A stretch of 64,000 nt of DNA from assembly GCA_947489425.1 (NCBI GenBank), contig CANLDL010000005.1:90361-154360 (forward strand), read 5' to 3'. The DNA is from an uncultured Pseudomonadales bacterium (GTDB lineage Bacteria > Pseudomonadota > Gammaproteobacteria > Pseudomonadales > Cellvibrionaceae). The notes under the pieces are model-generated. The model saw only the letters and a list, made by a program, of their open reading frames with translations. It was not told where the DNA came from and made no database searches. Positions within the stretch are counted from its first letter, which is position 1, and every line of letters starts with the position of its first letter. The translations under genes were made by a program, and so were the position numbers. Shown here one piece after another: positions 37,236-47,067 of this stretch.

Positions 37236-38570
37236 ATGGCGCGCTTTACTCAATTACAGGACTGGCTATCTTGGTTAGAACAGCTGCACCCAAAGGCAAT
37301 TGATTTAGGGCTGCAGCGAGTTTATAGCGTTGCTAGCAACCTCAATCTACTTAAGCCGTCTACTAGTATTAGTCATGAGTTTTCTGGTGCGTTTAATTCG
37401 GATGATATCAATGCTTGCCCAACCGTCGTTACTATAGCGGGAACCAATGGCAAAGGCTCTTGTGTATCGGTACTTGAGCAGGCTTTAGTTAATCAAAAAA
37501 GCAGTAGTAAAGCTTGCGTAGGTAGTTATACATCACCACATCTACATCATTTTTGCGAACGTATTCGTATTGATCAACAGCCGGTGAGCGAAGCCTTAGT
37601 TTGTGATGCATTTGCTGATATTGATCGTGCCCGCGGCGATATTTCACTCACTTATTTTGAGTTTGGCACACTTGCAGCCCTATGGATTTTTGCGAGGAAA
37701 AATATTCCGTATATTCTTTTAGAGGTTGGGCTAGGCGGAAAATTAGATGCGGTTAATATTGTCGATGCAGATATTGCTGTTGTTACCTCTATTGATATTG
37801 ATCACGAAGATTGGCTTGGTAGTGATAGAAATATTATTAGCCAAGAAAAGTTGGGGGTTGCACGTACTGGGCGACCGTTAATTATTGCTGAAGCGAATAT
37901 GACACCAGCTCTAAAGCTGGCGGCTGAGAAGGCAGAATGCTTGCTAATTGATCGTGATTTTTCCTTAAATGCAGTCGAAAATAAGCCAGATCAGTGGCAT
38001 TTAAAGTACGGCGAATTCTCGCAAACCTTGCCATTACCATCACTTCCACTGCCCAGTGTAGCAGCTGCCATAATTGTACTCGATTTACTCAAACTTATGC
38101 CCGATGAGCAGTATTTAGAAGATTTGATGGGACAGGTTGGCTTATCTGGGCGTTTCCAAAAGGTAACAGTCAACGGGCAGTGTGTGATTTACGATGTAGC
38201 GCATAACCCAGCCGCTGCTATACAACTGGCTAAGCGATTGACTCAACAGCCCAGTATTGATGGTGGCAAAACATTGGCAGTAATGGCGGTAATGTCCGAT
38301 AAGGACCATAATGCGATTTTTGAACCTCTATATGATGTGATTGACGATTGGTATTTAGGGGATTTGTTGGATAATCCACGTGCAGCAAAGGCATTAGATT
38401 TAAAACCTTTACTTGACGCTCAGCAATGCCATTATTCAATTGAATCGACAATAGAAGAGGCTTTCCATAAAGCGAATACGATTGCTTGTGGGCATGATAG
38501 AATAATTGTCTTTGGGTCTTTTTATACGGTAGCAGCGATTCAATCGCTAACTAGCCGTGAATGTGGGTAA
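37236..38570 (+). CDS. folC: Bifunctional dihydrofolate synthase / folylpolyglutamate synthase
   Basis: P-loop IAGTNGKGS, TSPHL, FEFGTLAALWIF. Starts directly after the accD stop. Confidence 0.9.
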   Translation: MARFTQLQDWLSWLEQLHPKAIDLGLQRVYSVASNLNLLKPSTSISHEFSGAFNSDDINACPTVVTIAGTNGKGSCVSVLEQALVNQKSSSKACVGSYTSPHLHHFCERIRIDQQPVSEALVCDAFADIDRARGDISLTYFEFGTLAALWIFARKNIPYILLEVGLGGKLDAVNIVDADIAVVTSIDIDHEDWLGSDRNIISQEKLGVARTGRPLIIAEANMTPALKLAAEKAECLLIDRDFSLNAVENKPDQWHLKYGEFSQTLPLPSLPLPSVAAAIIVLDLLKLMPDEQYLEDLMGQVGLSGRFQKVTVNGQCVIYDVAHNPAAAIQLAKRLTQQPSIDGGKTLAVMAVMSDKDHNAIFEPLYDVIDDWYLGDLLDNPRAAKALDLKPLLDAQQCHYSIESTIEEAFHKANTIACGHDRIIVFGSFYTVAAIQSLTSRECG

Positions 38571-38579
38571 GGTATTTAC

Positions 38580-39188
38580 GTGGATGATCATCTTAAGCAA
38601 CGGCTAGTAGGTGCTGCGGTACTGATTGCTTTAGCTGTTATTTTTTTACCTTCGTTCTTTCAGCGAGATAAGCCAGTTGAGATCGATACACGTAGCCAGA
38701 TACCTGCTGCTCCCAGTATTGAGCCCATTGTGATTAACAAATCGGTTAAACCAGATGGTGCGACAGTACCTAAAGCATCTGAGTTATTTCAGCCCGCGCC
38801 TGTTGATAAAGTGGTAAATAAATCGACTGATTCTCAAAAACAAAAGCCAGCTGTTACACTTTCGAAAGATGCAGATATTGAAAAATCGACGGCTAAAACG
38901 ACTAAAGTTGATGCAAAATTAAATGCCAAAGGCGTTCCTGTAGGTTGGGTATTACAAGTAGCTAGTTTTAAGTCCAAAGACAGCGCTGAAAAATTTGCCA
39001 AAACCTTGAGCCAAGGCAATGATAAAGCTTACTTTAAATCAGTAGAAACAAGCCAAGGACAATTTTATCGTGTCTACCTTGGCCCATTAATTGATAAAAA
39101 TCAGGCATTAGCAAAACAGAAGACGATTGATAAAAAGCACAAAGTGAAGTCACAGCTACTTCGTTTTAACCCTATATCGGGTAATTAA
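38580..39188 (+). CDS. SPOR-domain cell-division protein (DedD-like)
   Basis: N-terminal transmembrane helix, Lys/Ser/Thr/Ala/Val-rich low-complexity linker, and a C-terminal SPOR domain (GWVLQVASFKSKDSAEKFAKTL...FYRVYLGPL). Sits in the dedD position between folC and cvpA. Confidence 0.8.
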   Translation: MDDHLKQRLVGAAVLIALAVIFLPSFFQRDKPVEIDTRSQIPAAPSIEPIVINKSVKPDGATVPKASELFQPAPVDKVVNKSTDSQKQKPAVTLSKDADIEKSTAKTTKVDAKLNAKGVPVGWVLQVASFKSKDSAEKFAKTLSQGNDKAYFKSVETSQGQFYRVYLGPLIDKNQALAKQKTIDKKHKVKSQLLRFNPISGN

Positions 39189-39264
39189 AGTGTCTGTTAA
39201 ACTGCCAGTGTTACGTGTTCATATTTTATCTAAAAATCCAGCATATTTGGTAAGGCGCTAATTA

Positions 39265-39771
39265 ATGGCTATATTTAATTGGGCAGATTGGGTAATCGTT
39301 GCGATTATCGCTCTTTCTTGTGCCATTAGCCTGATACGTGGCTTTATTAAAGAAGCATTATCCGTTGCTATTTGGCTTACTGCTTTTGGCATTGCCACTT
39401 GGTTTAGCCCTAAATTAGCACCTCTGTTAGCTGCCTATATTGATGCTATATCACTAAGGCAAATGGCCGCTTTTGCGGCCCTATTTATTGCTACATTACT
39501 TGTTGGTGGCGCAGTGAATTATTTGTTATCGACGCTAGTTAAAGCAACAGGTTTATCGGGTACCGATCGCCTATTGGGTGTACTATTTGGTTTTATTCGT
39601 GGTTTTGTCATTATCATGGTGATTGTTTTGTATTTGCCCCAAATGGTGCCTGTCGATCAAGATGAATGGTGGAATGATTCCAGTTTAATTCCGCATTTTT
39701 TGAGCTTTGAAGATAAGTTTAAAAGTACAGCCAGTGCTTTATATGACTCTGCCAAAGGCATTGTTCAGTAG
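39265..39771 (+). CDS. cvpA: Colicin V production protein CvpA
   Basis: 168-aa polytopic membrane protein, NWADWVIVAIIALS...IRGFIKE. Sits upstream of purF as in other gammaproteobacteria. Confidence 0.88.
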   Translation: MAIFNWADWVIVAIIALSCAISLIRGFIKEALSVAIWLTAFGIATWFSPKLAPLLAAYIDAISLRQMAAFAALFIATLLVGGAVNYLLSTLVKATGLSGTDRLLGVLFGFIRGFVIIMVIVLYLPQMVPVDQDEWWNDSSLIPHFLSFEDKFKSTASALYDSAKGIVQ

Positions 39772-39807
39772 CTTTTATATTTATAGATTGTTTGTGAGGT
39801 AACACCT

Positions 39808-41337
39808 ATGTGTGGTTTGGTTGGTATTGTCAGTAAAAGTGACGTTAATGTTCAATTATATGATGCACTGACAATGCTTCAACATCGAGGTCAAGATGCC
39901 GCAGGTATCGTCACCTGTGACAGCGGACGCATTGCTCAACAAAAAGGCAATGGTCTTGTAAAAGATGTTTTTCATACTCGCCATATGCGCAGGCTTACGG
40001 GCAATTATGGTATTGGCCATGTGCGCTATCCAACCGCAGGTAGCTCAGGTCCCGCCTTGGCTCAGCCTTTTTATGTAAATTCTCCCTATGGAATTGCACT
40101 TGCTCACAATGGTAATTTAACTAACGCAGATAACGTTCGTGCAGAATTATACCGTGATGACCTTCGTCATATGAATACGGATTCTGACTCAGAAGTTCTA
40201 CTTAATGTTTTTGCGAAAGAGTTACAAAAGCTGGGTAAATTACACGCGTTAGAAGATGATATTTTTACGGCTGTGACGAATGTTAATAAACGAATTCGTG
40301 GTGGTTATGCCGTTGTTACTCTGCTTGCGAATTATGGCTTAGTCGCTTTTCGTGATCCAGATGGCATTCGTCCCTTAGTTTTTGGCCGACGTGAAACTTT
40401 GCAAGGCCCTGAATTTATGATCGCATCGGAAAGTGTTGCGCTCGATGTACTAGGTTTTGATCTTATTCGCGATGTAAAACCTGGTGAGGCAATCTTTATT
40501 ACAACGGAAGGCGAGCTACACACAAGAATGTGTGCCGAAAAAACCAGTTGTCGTCCCTGTATTTTTGAGCATGTATATTTTGCGCGACCAGATTCCATCA
40601 TGGATGGTATTTCAGTATATAAAGCGCGGTTGCGACAAGGTGAAAAACTCGCTGAAAAAATCCTACGCGAACGGCCTAATCACGATATCGATGTAGTAAT
40701 ACCTATCCCAGATAGTAGTCGTGTTTCAGGCCAAGCTTTAGCTTACAATCTAGGGGTTAAATTTCGTGAAGGTCTAATGAAAAACCGCTATATTGGCCGT
40801 ACATTTATTATGCCAGGTCAACAGCAACGTAAAAAATCTGTACGCCAAAAGTTAAATCCAGTCACCTTGGAATTTAAAGATAAGAATGTACTATTAGTCG
40901 ACGACTCTATAGTTCGCGGTACTACGAGTGGCCAAATTATCCAGATGGCTCGAGATGCGGGTGCCAAAAAAGTCTATATTGCCTCAGCTGCACCTGCGGT
41001 TAAATACCCCAATGTCTACGGTATTGATATGCCATCGGTAAATGAATTAATCGCACATGGGCGTACTGATGAAGAAGTTGCCAAAGAGATTGGTGCTGAT
41101 TGGCTGATTTATCAAGATCTTGATGATTTGATCGAAGCCTCCTCTGAGGGCAACCCTAATGTTACTGAATTTGATTGCGCGGTATTTGATGGAAACTACA
41201 TTACTAGTGATGTCACGCAGGAATATCTCGATAAGCTACAAGAGGCGAGAAGTGATTCTCAGAAAAATAAACAGCGCGAGTTAGACTTGGATAATACCAA
41301 TGTTGTTGGTATTCATAACGATGCTGCAGAAGGCTGA
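39808..41337 (+). CDS. purF: Amidophosphoribosyltransferase
   Basis: MCGLVGIV (N-terminal nucleophile Cys), [13 protein letters not shown] motif [12 protein letters not shown]. Confidence 0.97.
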   Translation: MCGLVGIVSKSDVNVQLYDALTMLQHRGQDAAGIVTCDSGRIAQQKGNGLVKDVFHTRHMRRLTGNYGIGHVRYPTAGSSGPALAQPFYVNSPYGIALAHNGNLTNADNVRAELYRDDLRHMNTDSDSEVLLNVFAKELQKLGKLHALEDDIFTAVTNVNKRIRGGYAVVTLLANYGLVAFRDPDGIRPLVFGRRETLQGPEFMIASESVALDVLGFDLIRDVKPGEAIFITTEGELHTRMCAEKTSCRPCIFEHVYFARPDSIMDGISVYKARLRQGEKLAEKILRERPNHDIDVVIPIPDSSRVSGQALAYNLGVKFREGLMKNRYIGRTFIMPGQQQRKKSVRQKLNPVTLEFKDKNVLLVDDSIVRGTTSGQIIQMARDAGAKKVYIASAAPAVKYPNVYGIDMPSVNELIAHGRTDEEVAKEIGADWLIYQDLDDLIEASSEGNPNVTEFDCAVFDGNYITSDVTQEYLDKLQEARSDSQKNKQRELDLDNTNVVGIHNDAAEG

Positions 41338-41350
41338 TTAACTTTATTAA

Positions 41351-42574
41351 GTGGACAATGTTTTGACAGATAATAAGCGCAAAGACTTTATTGAAGAAAA
41401 CGAGCTAAACTTAGGCTTAGATACACTCGCTATCCGTTCAGGTATTGCAAGAACCCACGAGGGTGAGCACTGCGAGCCTATTTTTACTACTTCAAGTTAT
41501 GTGTTTGAGTCAGCAGAACAGGCAGCAGCACGCTTCTCTGGTGACGAAGAAGGTAATGTATATTCTCGCTATACCAATCCTACCGTACGTACATTTGAAG
41601 ACCGTATCGCAGCACTTGAAGGGGGTGAGGCCGCTGTGGCAACGGCCTCTGGTATGGCCGCTATTTTAAGTACCTTTTTAGCGCTCTTACAAGCGGGCGA
41701 TCATGTGGTTTGCTCGCGAAGTGTATTCGGTACTACAACCATGTTATTTACCAAATACTTACAAAAATTCGGTATCGATGTATCATTTGTATCTCTCACT
41801 GATGTGTCTGGTTGGGAACAGGCAATAACCCCTAAAACAAAATGCTTGTTTTTAGAGACACCGTCTAATCCATTGTGTGAAGTTGCCGATATCAAGCAGT
41901 TATCCGAACTTGCCCATGCTAATGATTGTTTGCTTATTGTTGATAACTGCTTTTGTACACCTGCACTACAGCGCCCATTAGATTTAGGTGCTGATATTGT
42001 GACGCACTCGGCAACTAAATACCTCGATGGACAAGGTCGTTGTTTAGGTGGTGTAGTTGTTGGTAGTGCTGAACATATGGACCAGGTTCTTGGTTTTATT
42101 CGTACGTGTGGGCCAACACTTAGCCCATTCAATGCTTGGATATTTTTAAAGAGTTTAGAGACACTTAATTTGCGTATGCAGGCTCATTCGGTGAATGCCT
42201 TAGAAGTGGCTTGGTGGCTTAACGAGCAGCCACAAATTGAAAAAGTGTATTACTGTGGCTTGCCTACCCATGAGGGACACACGCTGGCACGTGAGCAGCA
42301 AAAGCACTTTGGAGGTGTTTTATCCTTTAAGGTCAAAGGTAAGCGCGAGGATGCTTGGTCCTTTATTAACGCGACGCGTATCTTATCGATTACAGCTAAT
42401 CTAGGTGATGCAAAAACGACGATTGTGCATCCTGCAACCACTACACATGGGCGTTTGAGTGATGAAGAAAAACAACAAGCAGGGATTTCCGATAATCTAA
42501 TTCGTGTTGCGGTTGGACTTGAAACAGCCAAAGATATTATTGATGATCTGGGTCGTGGAATGCAGGAACTGTAA
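41351..42574 (+). CDS. metZ: O-succinylhomoserine sulfhydrylase (Cys/Met metabolism PLP enzyme)
   Basis: YSRYTNPTV..., PLP-lysine context HSATKYLDGQGR. Post-purF position as for metZ in Pseudomonas-type synteny. GTG start. Confidence 0.85.
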   Translation: MDNVLTDNKRKDFIEENELNLGLDTLAIRSGIARTHEGEHCEPIFTTSSYVFESAEQAAARFSGDEEGNVYSRYTNPTVRTFEDRIAALEGGEAAVATASGMAAILSTFLALLQAGDHVVCSRSVFGTTTMLFTKYLQKFGIDVSFVSLTDVSGWEQAITPKTKCLFLETPSNPLCEVADIKQLSELAHANDCLLIVDNCFCTPALQRPLDLGADIVTHSATKYLDGQGRCLGGVVVGSAEHMDQVLGFIRTCGPTLSPFNAWIFLKSLETLNLRMQAHSVNALEVAWWLNEQPQIEKVYYCGLPTHEGHTLAREQQKHFGGVLSFKVKGKREDAWSFINATRILSITANLGDAKTTIVHPATTTHGRLSDEEKQQAGISDNLIRVAVGLETAKDIIDDLGRGMQEL

Positions 42575-42872
42575 CCTACTATTATTTTGTCCAGTATATT
42601 TATCTTACTATATACCTCCTGATTAACTTTAAGAGCAAAATGAGGTTAATCAGCGGCTTACCTTACTTTTAATCCCCAAAAACAGTCATTTCATCTGTTA
42701 ATATGCTCATATCATAGTCCATAGCGTATAAGAATAGGCCGATTATCTAGTTAGATTGTGCGGCAATAAATAAAAAGAGAACTATTCTTAAGTTAGTCTA
42801 TCTTAAACACCAACTGATATCTTATTCATTTTGGTTTTATATTACTTTCTATCAATCAACTGAGACGCTTGT

Positions 42873-43817
42873 ATGTCTGTTAAGCCTGTTCAAAATACGA
42901 CTGTTCCTGATCTTATCTCATCAATGATCTATCACCTTAATTCGATCCTTTTAGGTAAGCAAGAGAGAGTTAAATTATCATTGGCTTGTATATTAGCTAA
43001 AGGCAATCTATTAATTGAAGACTTACCCGGTATGGGTAAGACAACGTTGGCTCATGGACTTGCAGCAGTATTGGGCTTGCAGTTCCAACGGGTACAGTTT
43101 ACTAGTGATTTACTGCCTGGAGATGTGCTGGGGGCTTCTATTTTTAATCCTAAAACAAACGAATTTGAATTTAGAGCAGGGCCGGTATTTACACAGATTT
43201 TATTAGCCGATGAAATTAACCGCTCATCGCCTAAAACCCAAAGTGCTTTGTTAGAGGCAATGTCAGAAAACCAAGTGACTGTTGATGGCGTGACTCGCGA
43301 TCTCGATGAGCACTTTTTTGTGATTGCTACACAGAATTCGCAGCACCAAACGGGAACATTTCCTTTACCAGAGTCACAACTCGATCGTTTTATGATGCGC
43401 ATATCTCTAGGTTATCCTGATCCCAGTTCAGAGAGAGAGTTGTTACAAGGAGCAGATCCTAAACAACGCTTAGAGTCTCTAAGTTCAGTTGTGACGTTAC
43501 AGTCGCTAAAACAGCTGCAACGAGCAGTTGGTGAGGTTGGTACCAGTGATCAGCTATTGGACTACTTTCAGCGCCTGCTAGCTTATACGCGTGAATCGGG
43601 CGATTTTAACCATGGTTTATCACCGCGTGCAGCACTCGCCTGGTTACATTGCGCTAAGGCTTGGGCACTTATTCATCAGCGTGATTATGTAATGCCTGAG
43701 GACTTACAACAACTTATGTTGCCAGTTGTTGGCCACCGTCTTTTGCCCTCTGAGACAGAATTTGTTGCACGTAATGCCGTCGATCAAATTATTCAGTCGG
43801 TTTCTGTCATTAAGTAG
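42873..43817 (+). CDS. MoxR-family AAA+ ATPase
   Basis: Walker A DLPGMGKTTLA, Walker B ILLADEINR, ATQNSQHQTGTFPLPESQLDRF. Confidence 0.92.
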   Translation: MSVKPVQNTTVPDLISSMIYHLNSILLGKQERVKLSLACILAKGNLLIEDLPGMGKTTLAHGLAAVLGLQFQRVQFTSDLLPGDVLGASIFNPKTNEFEFRAGPVFTQILLADEINRSSPKTQSALLEAMSENQVTVDGVTRDLDEHFFVIATQNSQHQTGTFPLPESQLDRFMMRISLGYPDPSSERELLQGADPKQRLESLSSVVTLQSLKQLQRAVGEVGTSDQLLDYFQRLLAYTRESGDFNHGLSPRAALAWLHCAKAWALIHQRDYVMPEDLQQLMLPVVGHRLLPSETEFVARNAVDQIIQSVSVIK

Positions 43818-43880
43818 AATAAGTTAAGTCATAATGATAAAAAATTTATATAAAGATAATAATTATACAATGGCTTATAA

Positions 43881-44891
43881 ATGATTAGTTACACTTGGGA
43901 TAAGTTATTTAAAAACCACTGGCAGTCTTGGTTAAGTGGTTGGCTAAAGCGGCGTATACCTGCCAAAAAAACACATAAGCTTAAACATGACAATATTTTT
44001 ATTGTGCCTTCTAAAACAGGTTTATATTTCTGTGTCTTAGTATTTTTTTTGTGGCTATTGGGTACTAATTATGAAAATAATCTAATCCTAGGCATCGCTT
44101 TTTTATTACTCTCCTTAGTGGTTGTTTGTATTCATCATACTTATGCGCATTTATCGGGTTTATCAATTAGTGTTGTTAATACTCACGCAGGATTTGTCGG
44201 TGATACCGGTGTCATTGATCTCGTTATAAAACGTGAAAATAATCGCAACTATGAAGCAATAGAATTGCAAAGTACTGATGACGAAAAAGTTACTTTTTCT
44301 CTGCTAGACGAGGATACCTATAAAATTAGTTTGCGTGTGCCTTTGAAGCACCGGGGTTGGTATACACCAGAGCGGCTTAAAATTTCTACACGTTTTCCCC
44401 TTGGTTTAGTAGTTGCGTGGTCCTATTTATATATCGATTCTAAAATTTTATCCTACCCTAAACCCGTTGAGTCATCAGTTCTGCCTACGCAGCAATTACT
44501 CGATGAAAATGAAGAGGGTGTTAGTCACGAGTCCATGAATGGTAGTGATGAGTTTGCAGGCATTCGTGAATATGTGGCTGGAGACTCTTTGAGAGACATT
44601 GATTGGCGAGCTATGGCGCGTGGCCAAGGTTTGGCGACACGTATTTATGAAGATCATGTTAGTGAGCATCAGTGGCTTGATTGGCAGCAATTTGATGGGC
44701 TAACAAGAGAGGCACGTTTATCTAGATTGTGTTTTTGTATTTTACAACAAGCTGATAACCCTGATAGCAATACTGTCTATGGTCTTCGTTTGCCCAGTAA
44801 GACATTCCCTCCTGCTAATGGAGAAGAGCACAAAGAACAGCTGCTCGAAGCTCTAGCGTTATTTGAATGGGAGTTTGCGGGTGCTAAGTAA
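43881..44891 (+). CDS. DUF58-domain protein (MoxR partner)
   Basis: N-terminal transmembrane hairpin and the motif EFAGIREYVAGDSLRDIDWRA, typical of DUF58. Confidence 0.85.
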   Translation: MISYTWDKLFKNHWQSWLSGWLKRRIPAKKTHKLKHDNIFIVPSKTGLYFCVLVFFLWLLGTNYENNLILGIAFLLLSLVVVCIHHTYAHLSGLSISVVNTHAGFVGDTGVIDLVIKRENNRNYEAIELQSTDDEKVTFSLLDEDTYKISLRVPLKHRGWYTPERLKISTRFPLGLVVAWSYLYIDSKILSYPKPVESSVLPTQQLLDENEEGVSHESMNGSDEFAGIREYVAGDSLRDIDWRAMARGQGLATRIYEDHVSEHQWLDWQQFDGLTREARLSRLCFCILQQADNPDSNTVYGLRLPSKTFPPANGEEHKEQLLEALALFEWEFAGAK

Positions 44892-46899
44892 ATTATCTCA
44901 GTATGTGAATGATAAGGCTTTTAAGCAGCCCGAGCAAACTGTTAATCGGCAGGTTCTTACTGGCCTTTTATTTGCCCAAGCGAGTGCGGTTTTAATTAAC
45001 TCTGCGATATTGCCTCTATGGTTATTCGCCGTTGCTTTTATTATTTTTGTTTGGCGTTTACAAATACTGCGTAATCACTGGTCTTTCCCCAATTCTCTTG
45101 TGCGTACTGCCTTAGTTGTGATTTCAGTCGTTGCTATTAGTTTGACTTATAAAGAGTGGTACCATCTTGAGCCAATGGTCATACTGTTAACGCTCTCTTT
45201 TTTATTAAAATTACTAGAAGTAAATAATAAGCGAGACGCGCTTCTTTTAGTTTTTGTAGGGTATTTTGTTGCCAGCTGTGCCTTCTTATTTGAGCAAGGG
45301 ATTATTATTTCTATATTAGGTGCTGCTGTTATCATGAGTTTAACGGCATGTTTATTAGTTTTACATGCAGGTCATATCCGTTACCTATCTACTCGATCAA
45401 TGCGTACAGTTTCAATTTTGATCGTACAAGCAGTGCCGGTTATGCTAATTATGCTTTTTGTGTTTCCACGTGTGGGCGTACTATGGGCTGTGCCTGTTAA
45501 AAGCGATGGTTCTGTAACCGGTGTGAGCGATTCCATGTCGCCTGGAGATTTCAGTAATTTAACACGCAGCCGGGAATTAGCCTTTAGAGTGAGTTTTGAA
45601 GATAATCGAGTTCCAGAGCCTTCTGAGCGCTATTGGAGAGGATTGGTGTTTACGCAATTCGACGGTAGACGCTGGGATAGAGCTAAGGGTAGTAATCTTT
45701 ACTTTGGTAACAATGATGATGTAACCAGTTATAATAATGTTCAGCAAAGTGGAGACAAAAATTATAATTATGAAGTGGTTTTAGAGCCAACAAATACTCC
45801 ATGGTTATATGCATTACCACTAGCAACGATAACAGATAAAGAGCTGGTGCGAACAGCAACGAATGAGTTGTGGTTGAAAGGCCCTGCGACACAGCGGATT
45901 AAATATAAAGTGAATTCATCATTATCTTATGATGTGAGTGAGCAGCAGGAAAGATTAAAACAGTCACTTGTGCTTCCTCTGGGGTTCAACCCAAAAGCTA
46001 TTGAAACTGCAAAGCAATGGCGTAGTGAGGTTAACTCAGACGAAGAGTATATTCGTAAAGTGCTAAGGTTTTACAATGAGAAATTTACCTACACATTATC
46101 ACCGCCAAAGTTGGGCGCTAATACAGTTGATGAATTTTTATTCTCTACACAGAGCGGTTTTTGTGAGCATTATTCGAGTAGTTTTGTAGTATTGATGAGA
46201 GCCGCGGGTATTCCTGCAAGAGTGGTAACGGGCTATCAGGGTGGAGAGTGGAATGAGGAGGATAATTATTTATTAGTTCGCCAGTATGATGCGCATGCAT
46301 GGGCTGAAGTATGGTTAGACGGCAGAGGTTGGGTACGTTTTGATCCAACAGCAGCAGTTGCACCGAGCCGTATAGAGGCTGGCCTATTCGATACACTATC
46401 TGAAGATGATCAAGACTTAATTGATTCCTCTGCACTTCCTTCCTTCGCATGGGTGAATTCTTTGGCACTTAAATGGGATAGCTTAAACTATAGTTGGCAG
46501 CGTTGGGTATTAAGCTATGATCAAGAAGAGCAATCAAGGTTTTTAGAAGATCTGCTCGGTAAAGTTACGCCTACACGCTTAGCTTTATTGTTAATTATTC
46601 CTGCGATGCTAATATTATTGATGTTTGGTTTCTTAACGTTGAGAGGTTCAAAAAAAACAGTATCTTTAGAATTTAAACTCTACATGATGTTAACTAAAAA
46701 ATTAAAGAGAAAAGGCGTAAGTGTAGGTACAGGCGATACTCTTAGTGAAATTTTTGCAAAGGCTTATGCAGTAGTTCCAGAGGCCAAAGTAAGCTTGCAA
46801 CGAATAGAAAATGATTTTACAGCTATCTTATACTCAAATCAGCAATCCTTTACAAAGGATAAATACAAGGATATTAAGCGAAGTATCAGAGCCTTTTAA
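44863..46899 (+). CDS. Transglutaminase-domain membrane protein (TgpA-like, DUF3488 + transglutaminase core)
   Basis: Polytopic N-terminal half. Catalytic Cys in QSGFCEHYSS, plus DAHAWAEVW and RFDPT (Cys-His-Asp triad). A late transmembrane helix. Start uncertain: TTG 44863 or GTG 44881, both overlapping the DUF58 gene end. Confidence 0.88.
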   Translation: MNGSLRVLSKLSQYVNDKAFKQPEQTVNRQVLTGLLFAQASAVLINSAILPLWLFAVAFIIFVWRLQILRNHWSFPNSLVRTALVVISVVAISLTYKEWYHLEPMVILLTLSFLLKLLEVNNKRDALLLVFVGYFVASCAFLFEQGIIISILGAAVIMSLTACLLVLHAGHIRYLSTRSMRTVSILIVQAVPVMLIMLFVFPRVGVLWAVPVKSDGSVTGVSDSMSPGDFSNLTRSRELAFRVSFEDNRVPEPSERYWRGLVFTQFDGRRWDRAKGSNLYFGNNDDVTSYNNVQQSGDKNYNYEVVLEPTNTPWLYALPLATITDKELVRTATNELWLKGPATQRIKYKVNSSLSYDVSEQQERLKQSLVLPLGFNPKAIETAKQWRSEVNSDEEYIRKVLRFYNEKFTYTLSPPKLGANTVDEFLFSTQSGFCEHYSSSFVVLMRAAGIPARVVTGYQGGEWNEEDNYLLVRQYDAHAWAEVWLDGRGWVRFDPTAAVAPSRIEAGLFDTLSEDDQDLIDSSALPSFAWVNSLALKWDSLNYSWQRWVLSYDQEEQSRFLEDLLGKVTPTRLALLLIIPAMLILLMFGFLTLRGSKKTVSLEFKLYMMLTKKLKRKGVSVGTGDTLSEIFAKAYAVVPEAKVSLQRIENDFTAILYSNQQSFTKDKYKDIKRSIRAF

Positions 46900-47067
46900 A
46901 GGCTTTTTCTTTAGCTAGCATTTTGCATCATAATCGGGCAAATATGACTGACAGCCCCTCCAACTCTATTTTTGCACCACGGTAAAGCGCTTATTTTTGC
47001 TATTTTGGTGCAAATGCAGTATTTTCTCATCCCTATAAAAATAGAACGACAAAAATAGGGTTATTTT

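Noticed and set aside
46895-46930. Possible sigma-54 promoter (GG-N10-GC) upstream of amt
   Set aside because: The best GG/GC pair (AAGGCTTTTTCTTTAGC) has the wrong spacing by one nucleotide and poor flanking consensus, so it cannot be supported from sequence alone.
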